DNA of 64,000 nt, from NCBI RefSeq assembly GCF_009914755.1, contig NC_060947.1; one strand, written 5' to 3'. A program made the translations under genes and the position numbers. Below, in pieces: positions 55,011 to 64,000 of the stretch. Positions within the stretch are counted from its first letter, which is position 1, and the number at the start of each line of letters is the position of its first letter. Origin of the DNA: the human T2T-CHM13v2.0 reference genome, Homo sapiens. The notes below the pieces were generated by a model, which made no database searches, was not told the origin of the DNA, and saw only the letters and a program-made list of their open reading frames with translations.

Positions 55011-55669
55011 ATCTAGTTTGAAAACTATTCTGTTGGACTCTTTATAAAAAATAGTATACACAGAGATTTAGCTACAAAAGTGTTTATGGCAGCAACGTAC
55101 ACGAAAGCAATGATTTATAAACAACCTAAATGTGTAAAACGAGGGTATTGGTTAAGTCAATTAAGGCATATTCCCCCAATGGAGACTAAGCAGACATTTA
55201 AAAGAAGTTATAAAACTTTATTTCCTTTAAAAAAAATTGTTTTGTCTTTTATGCTAGGCATATTGACAATTCAAGCTTAATCACTAAAACAATAGAAATA
55301 TAATGTTCAACTTCAAAGCCAATAGAGTATGGATTGACAGGAAAAAGAAAACTCAATGATTCAAACAAAAGGAGAGAAACTGGAGGAAAAGTCAAAGAAA
55401 AAACATGGCATATAGAAAGGAAAAATTTGATGATATAAATATATCCAAATATATCAGAAATTCAAGAAATGTAGATGTACTAAACTTACCATTCAAAAAA
55501 CAGAGATTATTAGAATGTTTAAAATAAACATGTACCATTAATGGTGGGAATGTAAAATGGCACAATCATGTTGGAAAAATGCTTAATATTTTATTTTATT
55601 TTATATAGTATATAAAAAGTATTTTTGTAATAGAGCCATACTGTTCTCATCACCTCCTACTCACTCCAT

Positions 55670-56000
55670 TGCTGAAGAAAAAATTCCCTATTCTAAATAG
55701 TATGAAATGGCTGAACACACAATATCCAACACTGGAGACAGGTGAGACTGAGACAGATGAGTTTATTATTCACATATACTCACAGCCTGGGGAAGGGGGA
55801 CACTGCACACTATGCATATCCAAACAAGGGTTAAACTCAAGAACAGAATAAACTGGCAGGGACTATGAGAACCAGGCTTTGTACTAACAAAGGGATAAGA
55901 TAGCTTCTGGACAAGTGGACAACTGCAGCTGCCAATAGGAAAGAACAGCAACTTCTGAGGGGTGAGGGGAATTCATGAGCACTGAATACCAATGAACATC
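55670..56000 (-). mobile_element. ERVL-type LTR fragment (MER68/MER77-like)
   Basis: GTTTATTATTCACATATACTCACAGCCTGGGGAAGGGGGACACTGCA. Confidence 0.5.
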
Positions 56001-56034
56001 AATTACCAACCAGGGTGCAGCAAAGACCCTGTCT

Positions 56035-56750
56035 CAAGAAAAAAACAAAAATTATAGAAATTTATACAAATCCTGAAGTTGAAAAACACAATATCTGAAC
56101 TAAACTCACTGAAGGGATCAACAGATTTGAAAACGCAAAGAAAAAATTGGCATACTTGAAGATAAAGCAATTGAAACACCCAATCAGAGGAGTGGAAATC
56201 AAAAAGAACAAAGAAAAATGCATACACAGCCTCAGAGACCTGCAGGACACCATCAAACATAGCAACATATGAATTATAAAGGTTCTAAAGGGAAGAGAGA
56301 AAGAAATGGAAAATTTGAGGAAATAATGTTCACAAACTCATCAAATTTGAAAAGACGTGAGCCTACATTCAAGAAGATGAAAAATCTTCAAGCAAGATAA
56401 ACCCAGAGATCCACACTGAGACATATTACAATCAAACCATGAAAAGACAGAAAGAAAGATAAAATCCTTAAAGCAGCAAGAGAGGAGTGATGCAAGAGAC
56501 GTGTGACTCATCACATAAAAGAGAGCCTCAATAAGAATAACAGTCAATTTCTCCTCATAAACCATGAAAATCAGAAAACAGTGGGATGATATTTTTAAAT
56601 ACTGACAGAGAAAACTTTCAATCAAAAATCCTATGTCCAGCAAGATTATTCTTCAAAAATGAGCAAGCAATTAAGAATCTCTCAGATAAACAAAGCTAAG
56701 GGAATCCATTGCTGGTAGATTTCCCTGTAATAAATGTCAAGGGAGAACAC
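56035..56750 (+). mobile_element. Old L1M ORF1 fragment
   Basis: CAGCCTCAGAGACCTGCAGGACACCATCAA, AAATCCTTAAAGCAGCAAGAG, CAGTGGGATGATATTTTTAAA. Confidence 0.8.
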
Positions 56751-56755
56751 TTGAG

Positions 56756-61616
<4,861 letters not shown>

Positions 61617-64000
61617 AAGTCCAAGGTGACTAGGGACAGAAGTAGTCCCCCACTGGGCAGAATCTCCAGGCCTAGGTCCACAACCACCTTTGCTGGTGTG
61701 TTCAGGCTGTCAACAGGTCTGTACTTCCCTGGGATGGAGCTCCCAGAGGCAGGGTCAGGCTGCCATCTTTGCTGTTTCGCAGCCATCACTGTTGATACCT
61801 TGAGGTGCTGGAAAAGTCAAGTTGATCAGGGGTTGGAGCAAACCCCCAGCATACTGCAGCAGCCCTATGGAAAAGTGGCCAGACTGCTTGTTACACAGGA
61901 CCCTGATCCCATATCTCCTCACTGAGTAGGTCTTCCCAGCTTGGGTCTACAGCCACCCTTGGCTGGGGCTATCAAGCCAGTAGCAGCTCTGTGACTCCTT
62001 GAGAGAGAGCTCCTAGTGGGAGGGGTGCGTTGCCAACTTTGCTGTCTCAAAGCCCTCATGCTTGCTGTCTCTAGGCTCTGGAGAGACCATGGAGACCAGA
62101 GACCAGGAGCTGGTCACGACCCCTAGTACAGAGCACCCACCTCATGGAAAAGTGACCAGAGTGTTCTCCTGGTCCTCACTTCTTCCTAGGCAGAGTCACC
62201 CAACCTAGGACTCCAGCACAATCACTCTGTCCCCACCTGACCACTTCAGTCAGAGGCAGCCCAGCAGTTAAAGGTATACCCACATGCAGAGATGAGAAAG
62301 AACCAATGGAAGGACACCAGAAACTCAAATGGCCAGAGTGTATTATGTCCTTCAAACATCTGCACTAGTTCTCCAAAAAGTATAATTATCCAGGTTAAGT
62401 TAGCTGAAATGACAGAAATAGAATTCAGAATATGGGTATGAATGAAGATCATCAAGATTCAGGAGAATGACAAAACCCAATTCAAGGAAACTAAGAATCA
62501 CAATAAAGCAATGTAGAAGCTAACAGACAAAATAGCTTGTAAGAAAAAGAAACTGATCTGATGAAGCTGAGAAATACACTATAAGAATTTCAAAATGCAA
62601 TCACAAGTATTAACAAAAGAATAGACCAAGTTGAAGAAAGAATCTCAAAATTTGAAGATTGGCTCTATGAAATAAGACAGTCAGACAAAAATAAAGAAGA
62701 AAGAATGAAATGGAATGAACATAACTTCTGCAAAATATAGGATATTGGCATCCTTGAAAGGGATGAGGAGAAAGCAAACAACCTGAAAAACATATTTTAG
62801 GACATCGTCTATTAAATGTTCCCCAAACTTGCTAGAGAAGCCAACATTCAAATTCAGGAAATGCAGAAAACCCCAGTAAGATACTTCAGAAGAAGATCAT
62901 CCCTAAGACACATAATCATCAGATTCTCCAAGGTTAAAATAAAAAAAAAAAAGTTAAAGGCAGCTAGAGAGAAAGGTCAGGTCACATACAAAGGGAAGCT
63001 TATGAGATGCACAGCAGACCTCTCAGCTGAAACCCTACAATCTAGAAGAGATTGGGGGCTAATATTCAACATTCTTAAAGAAAAAAAAATATATCCAAGA
63101 ATTTCATATCTAGCCAAAGTAAGCTTCATAAGCAAAAGAGAAATAAGATCCTTTTCAGAGAAGCAAATGCTGAGGAAATTTGTTTCCATCGGACGTGTTT
63201 TACAAGAGTTTTTGAAGGAAGCACTAAATATGGAAAGGAAAGATCATTACCAGCCAATACAAAAACACTCTTAAGTACACAAACCAGTGAAACTATAAAG
63301 CAACCACATAAACAAGGCTGCAAAATAACTAGCTAGCATCATGACGACAGGATCGAATTCACACATATCAATACTAACCTTAAATGTAAGTGGGCCAAAT
63401 GCCCCAATTAAAACACACAGAGTGGCAAGGTGGATAAAGAACCAAGACCCATTGGTATGCTGTCTTCAAAACATCCAGCTCACATGCAATAACACACATA
63501 GGCTCAAAATAAAGGGATGGAGAAAAATCAACCAAGCAAATGGAAAACAGACAAAAGCAGGGGTTGCAATCCTAATTTCAGACAAAACATACTTTAAACC
63601 AACAAAGACCAAAAAAGACAAAGAAGGGCATTACACAATGGTAACGGGTTCAATTCAACAAGAAGGCCTAACTATTCTAAACATATATGCAACCAACATA
63701 AGAGCACTCAGATTCATAATGCAAGTTCTTAGAGACCTACAAAGAGATTTAGATTCCTTTACAATAATAGTAGAAGATTTCAACACTACCCTGACAGTAT
63801 TAGACAGATCATTGAGGCAGAAAATTAACAAAGATATTCAGGACCTGAACTCAACATTAGAAAAAAATGGATCCAACATACCTCTCCACCCCAAAACAAC
63901 AGAGTATGCATTATTCTCATTGCCTTCTTTACTGCAGACCACGGTGCAATAAAAATACAAACCAAGACTAAAAAATGTTTTCAAAACCATTCAATCACAT
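61617..64000 (+). mobile_element. Older L1PA (PA8A-PA13-like) partial 5' UTR, ORF1 and ORF2 start, running off the window
   Basis: GC-richer UTR to ~62290, disrupted ORF1 (...FPKLAREANIQIQE...), and ORF2 MTTGSNSHISILTLNV at 63341. Confidence 0.9.

Overview
This is AT-rich primate (human-like) genomic DNA dominated by interspersed repeats. It holds one full-length but inactivated L1PA3-type LINE-1 (34740-40901), many truncated or nested L1s, about ten Alus, several ERV/MaLR LTRs, and MIR, L2, CR1 and hAT relics. Nearly all long ORFs in the supplied track are L1 ORF1/ORF2 fragments or their antisense shadows, and I found no intact protein-coding gene. The main non-repeat signal is a chain of about 14 candidate minus-strand exons (53250 down to 10350) with canonical AG/GT ends. 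They sit in the non-repeat islands, are largely phase-compatible, and carry scattered stops, which suggests a decayed (possibly unitary) multi-exon pseudogene or a spliced lncRNA that I cannot name. Other notable items are a TSD-flanked tailless tRNA-Arg 5' fragment, non-consensus variants shared between oppositely oriented L1s (possible local gene conversion), and two L1-into-L1 patches lacking tail or TSD. Repeat subfamily names come from recalled consensus sequences and need RepeatMasker confirmation.
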